Assembly (NCBI GenBank): GCA_963742735.1
Contig: CAVUMN010000004.1
Span: 96,001-160,000, forward strand
Length of the DNA: 64,000 bases
DNA from: an uncultured Actinomycetes bacterium
GTDB taxonomy: Bacteria > Actinomycetota > UBA4738 > JBBDTT01
Direction of reading: 5' to 3'
Numbering within the stretch: position 1 is the stretch's first letter; each line of letters starts with the position of its first letter. Positions 19,013 through 29,297 of this stretch are shown piece after piece. The notes under the pieces were generated by a model. That model saw only the letters and a program-made list of their open reading frames with translations. It was not told where the DNA came from and did not search any database. Made by a program: the position numbers and the translations under genes.

Positions 19013-20052
19013 AGCTCTCCGACGATCAGGTGCGCCGGCGGCGCGTCGCCGCGCAGCTGCTGCACCGGCCCCGCCGCCGATCGGCCGTGGACCTGGTCCG
19101 ACACCTGACCGGCGTCCAGGCGCAGGTCCTCTCCGCGGCCGCGCTCGCCCTGCAGGTCCGGAGCGAGGGCCTCACGCAGGCGGCCGTGGACCGGGCCAGG
19201 CTGCGCGATCGCTCGATCGTCCTGACCTGGGCGATGCGGGGGACGCTCCACCTGATCCCCGCCGAGGACCACGGCTGGCTCGTGCCGCTGCTGACCGAGC
19301 CCCGGATCGCGAACGCGCACCGCCGGCTGAAGCAGGAGGGTGTGCCAGAGGCGCACTGGGACCGGGCCGTGCGGGCGATCGAGCGGACGCTGACGGGCGG
19401 TCCGGCGACCCGCGCGGAGATCGCCTCCACTCTGCGCCGGCGAGGGATCCGGACCGAGGGCCAGGCCATCGCCCACCTGCTGTGGCTGGCCTCATCCTCG
19501 GGCGCGCTCTGCCAAGGACCCGACCGGGACGGGCAGCCGGCCTTCGTCCTGGCTCGAGACTGGCTGGCGGAGCCGAGGACCAGGGATCGCGACGCGGCCC
19601 TCGCGGAGCTTGCCGTTCGCTATCTGCGCGCCCACGCCCCGGCCGCGCCCGAGGACCTCGCCCACTGGTCGGGGCTGCGGATGACCGACGCCCGCCGAGG
19701 ATGGGCGGCGATCGAGGACCGGCTCCAGGAGGTCGCCACGGCCCGGGGGGCGCGCTGGTCCTTGCGGGACCAGCGGGAGCTCGCGCCACGCGGCCTGGTT
19801 CGCCTGCTCCCCGCGTTCGACGAGTACCTGCTCGGCTGGAAGGACCGGGACCTCGTCGGGCCGGCCGCCGCCTGGAAGACGATCAATCGCGGCGGCGGGT
19901 GGCTGCATCCGGTGGTGCTCGCCGATGGGCGGGCGCTCGGCACCTGGAGGCGAGCGGACGACGCCGGTGGCCTGGAGCTGCACCCCTTCGGCCGGCTCGC
20001 TCCGGCGGTCCGTCGCGCCGCGGAACGCGAGGCGAAGCGGCTGCCCGCCTAG
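19009..20052 (+). CDS. AlkZ-like (HTH_42) DNA glycosylase
   Basis: GVQAQ motif, WAMRGTLHL, LLPAFDEYLLG and GTW; start is CTG 19009 (overlapping the upstream TGA) or GTG 19030. Confidence 0.85.
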   Translation: MKLSDDQVRRRRVAAQLLHRPRRRSAVDLVRHLTGVQAQVLSAAALALQVRSEGLTQAAVDRARLRDRSIVLTWAMRGTLHLIPAEDHGWLVPLLTEPRIANAHRRLKQEGVPEAHWDRAVRAIERTLTGGPATRAEIASTLRRRGIRTEGQAIAHLLWLASSSGALCQGPDRDGQPAFVLARDWLAEPRTRDRDAALAELAVRYLRAHAPAAPEDLAHWSGLRMTDARRGWAAIEDRLQEVATARGARWSLRDQRELAPRGLVRLLPAFDEYLLGWKDRDLVGPAAAWKTINRGGGWLHPVVLADGRALGTWRRADDAGGLELHPFGRLAPAVRRAAEREAKRLPA

Positions 20053-22270
20053 GCGGGAGCCACCGTGACGGGGATGCCGTTCAGGACGGCGTTGCCGGAC
20101 AACGCGTCGAAGAGCTCGTCGTCGGCCAGGACATTGGAGTTCACGCCGGGGTTGGCCCGGGCGACCTGCATGTCGACCTCCGGCTCATCGTGGCCCCAGC
20201 CGTGAGGGATGCTCACGACGCCCGGGAAGACGGCGTCCGTGATCTCCACCGGCGCGACCAGGCTCCCCGTCCGCGACGCCACCTCGGCCCGTCCGCCCTC
20301 GGTCAGCCCGAGCCGGGCCGCGTCGTCCGGATGGATCTGCAGGGTGCACCGGTCCTTGCCCTTGACCATCGCCGGGATGTTGTGCATCCACGAGTTGTTC
20401 GAGCGCAGGTGCCGCCGCCCGATCAGCACGAAGCCTCCGTTGCGCTCGCGGGCGAGTGCTCCACGCAGGCGCTCGACGTCGCCGATCAACGGCTCGGGGG
20501 CCAGCTCGATCATCCCCGAGGGCGTGCGAAGGACCTCGGGCAGCCGCGACTCGAGGGGCCCGAGGTCCACGCCGTGGGGGCTCTCCAGGAGGGTGTCCAG
20601 GGTGAGGTCGTACGGACCGATCCGCAGGAAGAAGTCCAGGATCCGCTCGGGCCCGGTCCGCGGAGCGAGCTCGGCCAGCACGTCGTCGACCGGGCGTCCG
20701 TGGACCGGCGAGTGCTCGTCGGCGACCGAGCGCTCGACGACGGTCCGGACCGCCAGCTCGTCCACGAACGCCGCCTCCACGTCGGCCGGGGCGCCCTGGG
20801 CGATCGCGGCGAGCTTGCACAGGATCTCCCATTCGTCGGGCTGCCCCTCGGGCAGCGGGACCGCGGGCGGCGAGTAGTTCGCCACGTTGCGCATCGAGAA
20901 CAGGTAGAACGCCAGGTCGTAGTGGGGCCGCGAGAGCGGGCTCGGCGGCGGCAGGATCACGTCCGCCCGGCCGGTGGTCTCGTTCACGTAGAAGTCGACG
21001 GCGATCTGGAACTCGAGGCCGTCCAGGGCCGTGCGCAGCCGGGTGCTGTTCGGCGCGGACACCGCCGGATTCCCCGCGATCGTGATCAGCGCGCGGATCT
21101 GGCCCTCGCCCGGCGTGTCCATCTCCTCGGCCAGGCAGGCCACCGGCAGCTCGCCGAACGTCTCGGCCAGACCGCGGACGCGGCTGCGGTGGCGCCCGAT
21201 GCGCGGGGCGCTCCCGTAGCGCGGGGGGCCCGAGGTGTTGAAACCGCCCGCCGCGGGCTTCGCGAACATGGCCCCGCCGGGCCGGTCCAGGTTCCCGGTC
21301 AGGACGTTGACCACGTCGACCAGCCAGCTGGCCAGCGTGCCGAACTCCTGGGTGCACGTCCCGATGCGGCCGTACACGGCGGCGGCGGGCGCGGCGGCCA
21401 GCTCGCGGGCCAAGCGCCGGGCGGTCTCGGCCTCGATGCCGGTGGCACCGGCGACGGCCTCGGGCGAGAACTCCGCCGCGGCCTCGGCGACCGCGTCGAG
21501 GCCGTCACGAACTCCCCCGCGGCCCCGGGATCGGCCAGGCCCTCCGCGAACAGGGTGTGGACGATGGCCATCAGGAACAACGCGTCGGTGCCCGGGCGGA
21601 TCGGCACGTGCTCCGAGGCGGCCTCGGCGGTCCGGGTCCGCTTGGGGTCGACCACGACGAACCTCCCGCCCCGCTCCCGGATCCGCTTCAGGCGGCCCGG
21701 CCAGTCGGGGGCGCTGGCCAGCGAGCCGTTCGACTCGAAGGGATTCGCCCCCAGCAGCAGCAGGTAGTCGGTGCGGTCCAGGTCGGGCACCGCCACCGTC
21801 AGCATGGTGCCGAACATCAGGGCGTTGGCGAGCTCCTTGGGCCGCTGGTCGACGGTGCTCGCCGAGTAGATGTTTCGCGTGCGGAGGGCCTTCAGCAGGA
21901 CCCGGTTGTAGAGGATGCCCGACAGGTTGTGGACGCTCGGGTTGCCGAGGTAGACGGCGACCGCGTCGGGGCCGTTCGCCTCGATGATGGGGGGCAGGCG
22001 GCGAGCGATCTCCGCGAACGCCTCGTCCCAGGTCGCGGCGTGGAGCTCGCCGTCGGCGCCGCGAACCATCGGCCCGCGCAGCCGGTCCGGATCGCCGTGC
22101 AGCGCGCCGAGGGTCGTCCCCTTCGGGCAGATGAACCCGTGGCTGAAGACGTCGTCGTCGTCGCCTCGGATGCGCAGCAGCGAGCCGTTGTCGAACGTCA
22201 GCTCCAGGCCGCACGTCGCCTCGCACAGCGGGCACGTGCGGAAGACCGTTCGCTCCCCCGTCGCGGACAC
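20049..22270 (-). pseudogene. Molybdopterin oxidoreductase with an apparent 1-nt frameshift
   Basis: N-half (CPLCEATCG, ICPKG, GANP..SNGS) and C-half (GNLDRPGG, RSNNSWMHN, PHGWGH) are in different frames, switching near 21500-21510. Confidence 0.85.
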
Positions 22271-22317
22271 GGACCACCTCCTCCGCCGTGGTCACCTCGG
22301 AGCGTAGCCTGAACGCC

Positions 22318-23424
22318 GTGAAGGTGACGGGCTTCGAGCTGCGGCGAGTCGCCCTGCCGCTGGTGTCTCCGTTCCGGACATCCTTCGGCGTGGAGACCGA
22401 GCGCCACGCTCTGCTGCTGCGCGCGGTCTCGCCCGAGGCCGAAGGATGGGGCGAGTGCGTGGCGGGCAGCGCCCCGCTCTACGCGTCCGAGTACGTCGAC
22501 GGCGCCGAGCACGTGATCCGCCATCACCTCCTCCCCCGGCTGTTCGCCCACGGCGAGATCACCGCGGCCGAGGTCGGCCCCGTTCTCGCCGCCGTGAAGG
22601 GGCACCGTATGGCCAAGGCGTCGGTGGAGATGGCCGTGCTCGACGCGGAGCTGCGGGCGGCCGGGGTCTCCTTCGGGCAGCACCTGGGCGCGGTACGCGA
22701 GCATGTCGACTGCGGCGTGTCGGTGGGGATCATGGACACGGTCGTCGAGCTGATCGACGCCGTCGAGGGCTACCTGGACCAGGGCTACCGACGGATCAAG
22801 CTCAAGATCGAGCCGGGGTGGGACGTCGAGCCTGTCGCCGCCGTCCGAGAGCGGTTCGGCGACATCGCGCTGCAGGCCGACGCGAACGCCGCCTACACGC
22901 TCGCCGACGCGGCGCACCTCGCGCGGCTCGACGCGTTCGATCTGCTGCTCATCGAACAGCCACTGCCCGAGGAGGATGTCCTGGCTCACGCCGAGCTGGC
23001 GAAGCGGATCACGACGCCGGTCTGCCTGGACGAGTCGATCACCTCCGCTGCCGCGGCCGCCGATGCGATCGCCCTCGGCGCCTGCTCGATCGTGAACGTC
23101 AAGGCAGGGCGGGTCGGCGGATACCTGGAGGCGCGCCGCGTCCACGACGTCTGCGCCGCGAAGGGCGTGCCGGTGTGGTGCGGCGGGATGCTCGAGACCG
23201 GGATCGGCCGTGCCGCCAACGTCGCCCTGGCCGCCCTGCCGAACTTCACGCTTCCCGGCGACACCTCGGCGTCGGACCGCTACTTCCACCGCGACATCAC
23301 GCCGTCGTTCGTCCTGCAAGACGGCCGGCTGGAGGTCCCCACCGGGCCCGGGCTCGGCGTCGACGTCGTCCGCGAGGCGCTCGAGGCCGTCACCACCCGG
23401 ACGGAGTGGATCCCCGCGCCCTAG
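22318..23424 (+). CDS. menC: o-Succinylbenzoate synthase / N-acylamino acid racemase (enolase superfamily)
   Basis: RIKLKI, DANAAY, IEQPL, LDES, WCGGMLE and PGDTSAS. Confidence 0.88.
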   Translation: MKVTGFELRRVALPLVSPFRTSFGVETERHALLLRAVSPEAEGWGECVAGSAPLYASEYVDGAEHVIRHHLLPRLFAHGEITAAEVGPVLAAVKGHRMAKASVEMAVLDAELRAAGVSFGQHLGAVREHVDCGVSVGIMDTVVELIDAVEGYLDQGYRRIKLKIEPGWDVEPVAAVRERFGDIALQADANAAYTLADAAHLARLDAFDLLLIEQPLPEEDVLAHAELAKRITTPVCLDESITSAAAAADAIALGACSIVNVKAGRVGGYLEARRVHDVCAAKGVPVWCGGMLETGIGRAANVALAALPNFTLPGDTSASDRYFHRDITPSFVLQDGRLEVPTGPGLGVDVVREALEAVTTRTEWIPAP

Positions 23425-23452
23425 CGGGCATCGGACCCCGTAAGGTTTCGCC

Positions 23453-24637
23453 GTGAACCGGCCCCGCATCTCCGCCAAAGCCTCCTCGTTCACCGAGTCC
23501 GTCATCCGCGAGATGACGCGGCTGGCCATCGCTCACGGCGCGATCAACCTGGCCCAGGGGTTCCCCGACTTCGCGTGCCCGCCGGAGCTGAAGGACGCCG
23601 CGAAGGCGGCGATCGACGGCGACGTCAACCAGTACGCGATCACCTGGGGAGCGCAGGGGTTCCGCGAGGCCATCGCCGAGAAGTTCGAACGCACGTATGG
23701 GATGGCCGTCGACCCCAACCGCCAGATCTGCGTCACCTGCGGCTCGACCGAGGCGATGATCGCCACGAGCCTGGCCGTGATCGACCCGGGCGACGAGGTG
23801 ATCGTGTTCGAGCCCTTCTACGAGAACTACGGGCCCGACGCGATCCTGTCCGGGGCGACGCCGCGCTACGTGACCTTGCACGAGCCGAACTGGACCTTCG
23901 ACGAGGAGGAGCTCGCGGCGGCCTTCGGCGAGAGGACCCGGGCCATCATCCTCAACTCCCCAAACAACCCGACCGGCAAGGTGTTCGCGCGGGCCGAGCT
24001 CGAGGTGATCGCCGAGCTCTGTCAGCGGTGGGACGTCATCGCGTTCACCGACGAGATCTACGAGCACATGACCTACGACGGGACCGAGCACGTGCCGCTG
24101 GCCACGATCGACGGCATGGCCGACCGCACCGTCACGATCAACGCGCTCTCAAAGACCTACTCGGTCACGGGGTGGCGGGTGGGCTGGACGATCGCGTCGC
24201 CGGAGCTCACCGACGGTATCCGCAAGGTCCACGACTTCCTCACGGTCGGCGCGGCCGCGCCCCTGCAGGAGGCGGGGACCGTGGCCATGAACCTGCCGGC
24301 CGACTACTACGAGACCCTGCGCCGGGAGTACCTGGAGCGCCGCGACCTGATCCTCGGCCTGCTCGAGGGCGCCGGGTTCAAGACGTACCGGCCCTCGGGC
24401 GCCTACTACGTCATGAGCGACATCACCGGCCTCGGCCTGGGCGACGACGACGTCGAGGCGGCGCGCTGGCTCACCGCCGAGGTCGGCGTGGCCAGCGTTC
24501 CCGGCTCGTCCTTCTACTCCCGCCCGGAGCTCGGGCACGACAAACTGCGGTTCTCGTTCTCCAAGCGGCTGGAGACCCTCCGGGAGGCCGGCGAGCGTCT
24601 GGCGAGGGTGGCCGGACGTCGCTCCGGCGCCGGATAG
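23453..24637 (+). CDS. PLP-dependent aminotransferase, class I/II
   Basis: NLAQGFPDF, NSPNNPTG, DEIYE and SKTYSVTGWRVG. Confidence 0.93.
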   Translation: MNRPRISAKASSFTESVIREMTRLAIAHGAINLAQGFPDFACPPELKDAAKAAIDGDVNQYAITWGAQGFREAIAEKFERTYGMAVDPNRQICVTCGSTEAMIATSLAVIDPGDEVIVFEPFYENYGPDAILSGATPRYVTLHEPNWTFDEEELAAAFGERTRAIILNSPNNPTGKVFARAELEVIAELCQRWDVIAFTDEIYEHMTYDGTEHVPLATIDGMADRTVTINALSKTYSVTGWRVGWTIASPELTDGIRKVHDFLTVGAAAPLQEAGTVAMNLPADYYETLRREYLERRDLILGLLEGAGFKTYRPSGAYYVMSDITGLGLGDDDVEAARWLTAEVGVASVPGSSFYSRPELGHDKLRFSFSKRLETLREAGERLARVAGRRSGAG

Positions 24638-24652
24638 CGGAAGATCGCACCC

Positions 24653-25636
24653 ATGCAGTACGTGAACCTCGGCGCGACCGGGCTGCGGGTGTCCCGCATC
24701 TGCCTGGGGATGATGAGCTACGGCTCCAGCGAGTGGCGGTCGTGGGTCCTCGACCAGGCCGCCGGCGAACCCATCGTGCGCGCCGCCGTCGAGGGCGGGG
24801 TCACGTTCTTCGACACCGCCGACATGTACTCGCGCGGCCAGAGCGAGGTCGTAACCGGCAACCTGCTTCGCGACCTGTTCCCGACACGCGACGCCTACGT
24901 CGTCGCCACCAAGGTCTACTGGCCGATGGGGCCCGGCGAGAACGACCGCGGGCTCTCGCGCAAGCACATCCACTCCGCCATCGACGCGTCGCTCGAGCGC
25001 CTGGGCATGGACTACGTCGACCTGTACCAGATCCACCGATGGGACCACGCGACACCGATCGAGGAGACCATGGAGGCGCTGCACGACGTCGTCCGTGCCG
25101 GCAAGGCGCGCTACATCGGCGCGAGCAGCATGTTCGCGTGGCAGTTCGCGAAGGCCCAGCACGTGGCTGAGCGCCACGGCTGGACGCCGTTCGTGTCGAT
25201 GCAGAACCACTACAACCTGGTCTACCGCGAGGAGGAGCGGGAGATGATCCCGCTCTGCGTCGACCAGGGGGTCGGGATCATCCCGTGGAGCCCGCTCGCC
25301 CGCGGGCTGCTCGCCGGAACCCGGACGCGCGAGGGCGAGCGCAAGACGGCCCGCGCCGGCGACGACGCGATCGGCGACTACTTGTACGCGAACCCCGTCG
25401 ACTTCGACGTGGTGGACCGGGTGGCCGAGGTGGCCGCCGAGCGCGACGTCCCGGCCGCGCAGGTCGCGCTCGCATGGCTCCTGCACAAGCCGGGCGTGAC
25501 CTCGCCCATCATCGGCGCGACGAAGCTCTCACACCTGCAGGACGCGCTGGCCGCGGAGAAGCTCTCACTCGAGCCGAAGGAGATCGACCGCCTCGAGGAG
25601 CCCTACGTGCCCCACCCCGTCCTGGACCACGACTAG
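24653..25636 (+). CDS. Aldo/keto reductase
   Basis: FDTADMYS, VATK, DLYQIHR, GKARYIG and WSPLARG. Confidence 0.94.
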   Translation: MQYVNLGATGLRVSRICLGMMSYGSSEWRSWVLDQAAGEPIVRAAVEGGVTFFDTADMYSRGQSEVVTGNLLRDLFPTRDAYVVATKVYWPMGPGENDRGLSRKHIHSAIDASLERLGMDYVDLYQIHRWDHATPIEETMEALHDVVRAGKARYIGASSMFAWQFAKAQHVAERHGWTPFVSMQNHYNLVYREEEREMIPLCVDQGVGIIPWSPLARGLLAGTRTREGERKTARAGDDAIGDYLYANPVDFDVVDRVAEVAAERDVPAAQVALAWLLHKPGVTSPIIGATKLSHLQDALAAEKLSLEPKEIDRLEEPYVPHPVLDHD

Positions 25637-25639
25637 ACG

Positions 25640-26299
25640 ATGGGCTACTTCGACAAGGGACTGTTCGACTTCCTGAACGACCTCGAGGACCACAACGACC
25701 GCGAGTGGTTCACGAAGAACAAGGAGCGGTACGAGGCCGATCTCAAGGAGCCGTTCCTGCAGTTCATCTCCGACGCGGGGCCCCGGCTGCGCTCGATCAG
25801 CCCGAACCTGGTGGCCGACGCGCGGCCGGTCGGCGGGTCGCTGTTCCGCATCTACCGCGACGTGCGCTTCTCGAAGGACAAGAGCCCGTACAAGACCCAC
25901 GCCGGCGCGCACTTCCCGCTCGGCGGCAAGGGCGTGCACGGACCCGGCTACTACCTGCACCTGGAACCGGGGCAGTGCTTCGTGGCAGGAGGGCTCTGGA
26001 TGCCCGAGCCCGACGCGCTGCGGGCGATCCGTCAGGAGATCGCGGATGACCCCGGCGCTTGGGTGAAGGCGCGCGGGACGCTGGACCATCCCGAGGACGC
26101 GCTGAAGCGCCCACCGCAAGGGTTCGATCCCGAGCACCCGATGATCGAGGACATCAAGCGCAAGAGCTTCACGGCCTCGAGAAGGCTCACCCAGAAGCAG
26201 GTGCTCGCGCCCGACCTGATGGCGACCTTCATCGACCGCTGCAAGGAGATCGCGCCGATGATGAAGTTCCTGGCCGGCGCGGTCGGCGTGCCCTGGTAG
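25640..26299 (+). CDS. DUF2461 (TIGR02453) family protein
   Basis: HNDREWF, FRIYRDVRFSKDKSPYK and GYYLHL. Confidence 0.9.
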   Translation: MGYFDKGLFDFLNDLEDHNDREWFTKNKERYEADLKEPFLQFISDAGPRLRSISPNLVADARPVGGSLFRIYRDVRFSKDKSPYKTHAGAHFPLGGKGVHGPGYYLHLEPGQCFVAGGLWMPEPDALRAIRQEIADDPGAWVKARGTLDHPEDALKRPPQGFDPEHPMIEDIKRKSFTASRRLTQKQVLAPDLMATFIDRCKEIAPMMKFLAGAVGVPW

Positions 26300-26303
26300 C
26301 CCC

Positions 26304-27161
26304 TCAGTCGGCGGGCTGCAGCGCGGACTCCAGAACGACCGTCCCCGGCCCGTACCGCGCGTCCATCGCGGCCTGGTCCTCCTCGGCGGCGAGCACCACC
26401 ATCGCCTCGACTCGGTTGCGCGTGACCGCCACGCTCGAGCTCAGCAGGTGCAGTCCGGCCCCGGAGCCGTCGCCGAGCTCGGCCTGGATGCGCTGCAGGT
26501 CGGCCAGGGTGTGCTCGAACGCAACGACGCACAGCGGCCCGCCCCAGATCTCTTCCAGGTCCGCGCGGTGGCGCTCGACGTCGCCGGTGACCGCGACCGT
26601 CAGGACGAAGGCGCCGGCGTTCGAGGACTCCTCGGCCGGCGGGTCGCCCAGGTAGTCGACCCATAGACCGGCGTGCTCCGGGTCGGCCTCGATCTCGGGA
26701 GTGATCGTCGACATGTAGGTCTCGGTGGCCCGCTCAGGATCACGCGTCTGCCAGCCACCCTCGGGCTCCTCGCACGGGGTGACGATCTCGTCGTCATCGA
26801 ACGGCCCCGGGTCCTGCGGTGGCCCGGTCTTCGTCACCGTGAAGACCTCGCCGTCGTAGGTCCCGGTCAGGTGGTAGACGCCCCAGATCACGCCGCGCAT
26901 CCGCTCCTCGCCCTCGACGTCGTCCCAGGACCAGTTCGTGATGGGGACGTCCCCACACTGCGGCGGGAGCGACTCGGCGACGCTCCAGCACATGTGGGCG
27001 GCCTTTCCGCCACCCTCGAGCACGGTCACGGTCGCCTGATAGCGAGCCTCACCTGTCGGCGCTCCTGGAATCGAGGGCCCGGCGCCGGAGGGGGCGCGCT
27101 CGGCGCACGCCGACGCCAGCACCCCAAAGGCCAGGACGGCGGCGATCCGCGGCATGCGCAT
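26304..27161 (-). CDS. Hypothetical lipoprotein
   Basis: MRMPRIAAVLAFGVLASAC lipobox; ESLPPQCG and WGGPLCV. Confidence 0.75.
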   Translation of the reverse strand: MRMPRIAAVLAFGVLASACAERAPSGAGPSIPGAPTGEARYQATVTVLEGGGKAAHMCWSVAESLPPQCGDVPITNWSWDDVEGEERMRGVIWGVYHLTGTYDGEVFTVTKTGPPQDPGPFDDDEIVTPCEEPEGGWQTRDPERATETYMSTITPEIEADPEHAGLWVDYLGDPPAEESSNAGAFVLTVAVTGDVERHRADLEEIWGGPLCVVAFEHTLADLQRIQAELGDGSGAGLHLLSSSVAVTRNRVEAMVVLAAEEDQAAMDARYGPGTVVLESALQPAD

Positions 27162-27169
27162 GGCCGTTG

Positions 27170-27195
27170 GACGGTAGCCCGGCCGCCGGGGTTCC
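27170..27195 (-). promoter_or_regulatory. ECF-sigma-type promoter GGAAC-N17-CGTC
   Basis: The minus strand reads GGAAC (27191-27195), 17 nt, then CGTC (27170-27173), just upstream of ATG 27161. Confidence 0.55.
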
Positions 27196-27220
27196 CGCGC
27201 GATCCCGCATACTCGAAGGC

Positions 27221-29296
27221 TTGGAGACCGCCAGCCCATCCCCGGAGGCCACGCACCTCGAGCCCGACCAGGACGTCGTTCGCGCGGAGATCGCCCGCGA
27301 GCAGGTCCGGGTCGACGCGTCGTACGAGTCGCTCGAGCGCGCCCGGATCACGGCCCAGGCCGGCGTCGAGCGGGCCATCCGCATGCCCGTGTCCACTCCC
27401 CAGTCCCAGTTCGAGCGCGAGGCCGAGCTGCACCGCTCGATGCGCCGGCTGAAGGTGATCTCCACGAGCGAGCGGCAGCTCGTGTTCGGCCGCCTGGACC
27501 TGGAGGACGAGCCCGACCCGGTCTACGTGGGCCGCGTGGGCCTCTCCGACGAACGCCGCAACCGGATCCTGGTCGACTGGCGGGCGCCGGTGGGTTCGAC
27601 GTTCTACCGGGCCACGGCCGGCGACCCACGCGGGGTCGTACGCCGCCGCACGCTGGTCACCAAGGGCCGCGAGGTCACCGAGCTCAACGACGACCTGCTG
27701 ATACCGGAGAAGGCAAAGGACTTTCGGGTCGTGATCGGCGAGGGCGCCCTGCTCCGTTCCCTCCAGCGCGTGCGCGGCGAGTACATGCAGGACATCCTGG
27801 CCACGATCCAGGGCGAGCAGGACGAGATCATCCGCGAGAACCCGAAGGCGAACGTGGTGCTCACGGGCGGGCCGGGAACCGGCAAGTCGGTGGTGGCCCT
27901 GCACCGCACCGCCTACCTCATGTTCGAGCGGGCCGAGGAGCTCGAGCGCCGCGGCGTCCTGTTCGTGGGACCCACGGCCAGGTTCAGCCGCTACATCAGC
28001 CGGGTGCTCCCCTCCCTGGGCGAGACCTCCGTGCAGATCCGCTCGGTCTTCAACCTGACCGAGCCCCGCGCGGCGACCGCGCGCGAGCCCTTCGCGATCG
28101 CCCGCCTCAAGGGCCGTCCGGAGATGGCGGCGCTGGTCCGAAAGCTGCTGATCGAGAGCTACCCGCCCGTCGGGGAACCGTTCCGCCTGCGAGGGCAGCA
28201 CGAGCTGGACCTCTCCGCAGCCGAGGTCGCCGACCTTCGCGATCGCACCCTCCGCCAGGGCGAGGGGATGAACCGGGCGCGGACCCGGTTCGTCCGCGCG
28301 CTCGCCCGCAAGCTCCCCGCCGAGGGCGGGCGGCTCTCCGGGGACCAGCTGAAGGAGCTGGCGACCGAGCTGGCCGAGGAGACCCAGGTGATCGAGCTGC
28401 TCGAGGCGGTGCTGCCGATCCGCGACGTCGACGAGGCGTGGAGCGAGATCCGCGAGGACCGCGAGGCGGTGGAGCGGGCCGCGCGCCGCGTCTTCACCGC
28501 CGCCGAGGCACGTCTGCTCGCGGACGACCTGGCGGAGCCCGAGACGCGCGTCGGCGACCTCCCCCTGATCGACGAGGTCCGGTGGCTGCTGGGCGATCCC
28601 CCCGACGCCCCCGCCGAGTCCGACGAGACGGAGGACTCGTTCGGCGGGCTCTTCTCGTTCCAGGATCAGCTCGATGGGTCGCGCCAGTCGCGGGTGGCGT
28701 CCTCGAAGCGAGCCGGCTTCGGACACGTGGTCGTCGACGAGGCGCAGGACCTGACCCCCATGCAGTGGCGGACGCTCGGCCGGCTCGGTCCCTACGCGAC
28801 GTGGAACGTCGTCGGCGATCCCAACCAGGCGACGCTGGCGACCCCCGAGGAGCTCGAGGCCTCGATCGCCGCGCTTCCCGGCTTCGGCCGGGAGCGCCGC
28901 TTCGAGCTCGCGATCAACTACCGGACGCCTTCGGAGATCATGCGCCGGGCCTCGGAGCTCTCCGGGGTGGACCTGGGCGGCCTGCGGTCGATCCGGGAGT
29001 CCGGCCGCGAGCCGGAGTCGTTCGCGTCGCTGCCCGAGGCCCTCGCCTCGCTGGCGGACGAGCCCGGGTCGACCGTGGTGATCGCGATGGACGAGCCCGA
29101 CGCGGCGGCCGCCGCGGCAGAGGCGGGCGAGACCGAGGTCCTGACCGCGCTCGACGCGAAGGGCCTGGAGTTCGACAACGTGGTGCTCTACAACCCGGGC
29201 CGCCTGCTTCCGGTCGCCTCCCGTGCCGACGCGTCGCTGTTGCTGATCGCCGCGACCCGCGCCACCCGCAATCTGGCGATCGTCGAGCCCGGCTAG
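27221..29296 (+). CDS. HelD-like SF1 helicase/ATPase
   Basis: FGRLD, YVGRVGL, VDWRAP, IQGEQD, GGPGTGKS, VVDEAQD, NYRTP and KGLEFD; probable TTG start after CATACT. Confidence 0.88.
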   Translation: METASPSPEATHLEPDQDVVRAEIAREQVRVDASYESLERARITAQAGVERAIRMPVSTPQSQFEREAELHRSMRRLKVISTSERQLVFGRLDLEDEPDPVYVGRVGLSDERRNRILVDWRAPVGSTFYRATAGDPRGVVRRRTLVTKGREVTELNDDLLIPEKAKDFRVVIGEGALLRSLQRVRGEYMQDILATIQGEQDEIIRENPKANVVLTGGPGTGKSVVALHRTAYLMFERAEELERRGVLFVGPTARFSRYISRVLPSLGETSVQIRSVFNLTEPRAATAREPFAIARLKGRPEMAALVRKLLIESYPPVGEPFRLRGQHELDLSAAEVADLRDRTLRQGEGMNRARTRFVRALARKLPAEGGRLSGDQLKELATELAEETQVIELLEAVLPIRDVDEAWSEIREDREAVERAARRVFTAAEARLLADDLAEPETRVGDLPLIDEVRWLLGDPPDAPAESDETEDSFGGLFSFQDQLDGSRQSRVASSKRAGFGHVVVDEAQDLTPMQWRTLGRLGPYATWNVVGDPNQATLATPEELEASIAALPGFGRERRFELAINYRTPSEIMRRASELSGVDLGGLRSIRESGREPESFASLPEALASLADEPGSTVVIAMDEPDAAAAAAEAGETEVLTALDAKGLEFDNVVLYNPGRLLPVASRADASLLLIAATRATRNLAIVEPG

Positions 29297-29297
29297 G

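Noticed and set aside
27161-27221. Rifamycin-associated element upstream of the HelD-like gene
   Set aside because: No RAE-like palindrome is visible, so a HelR call is unsupported
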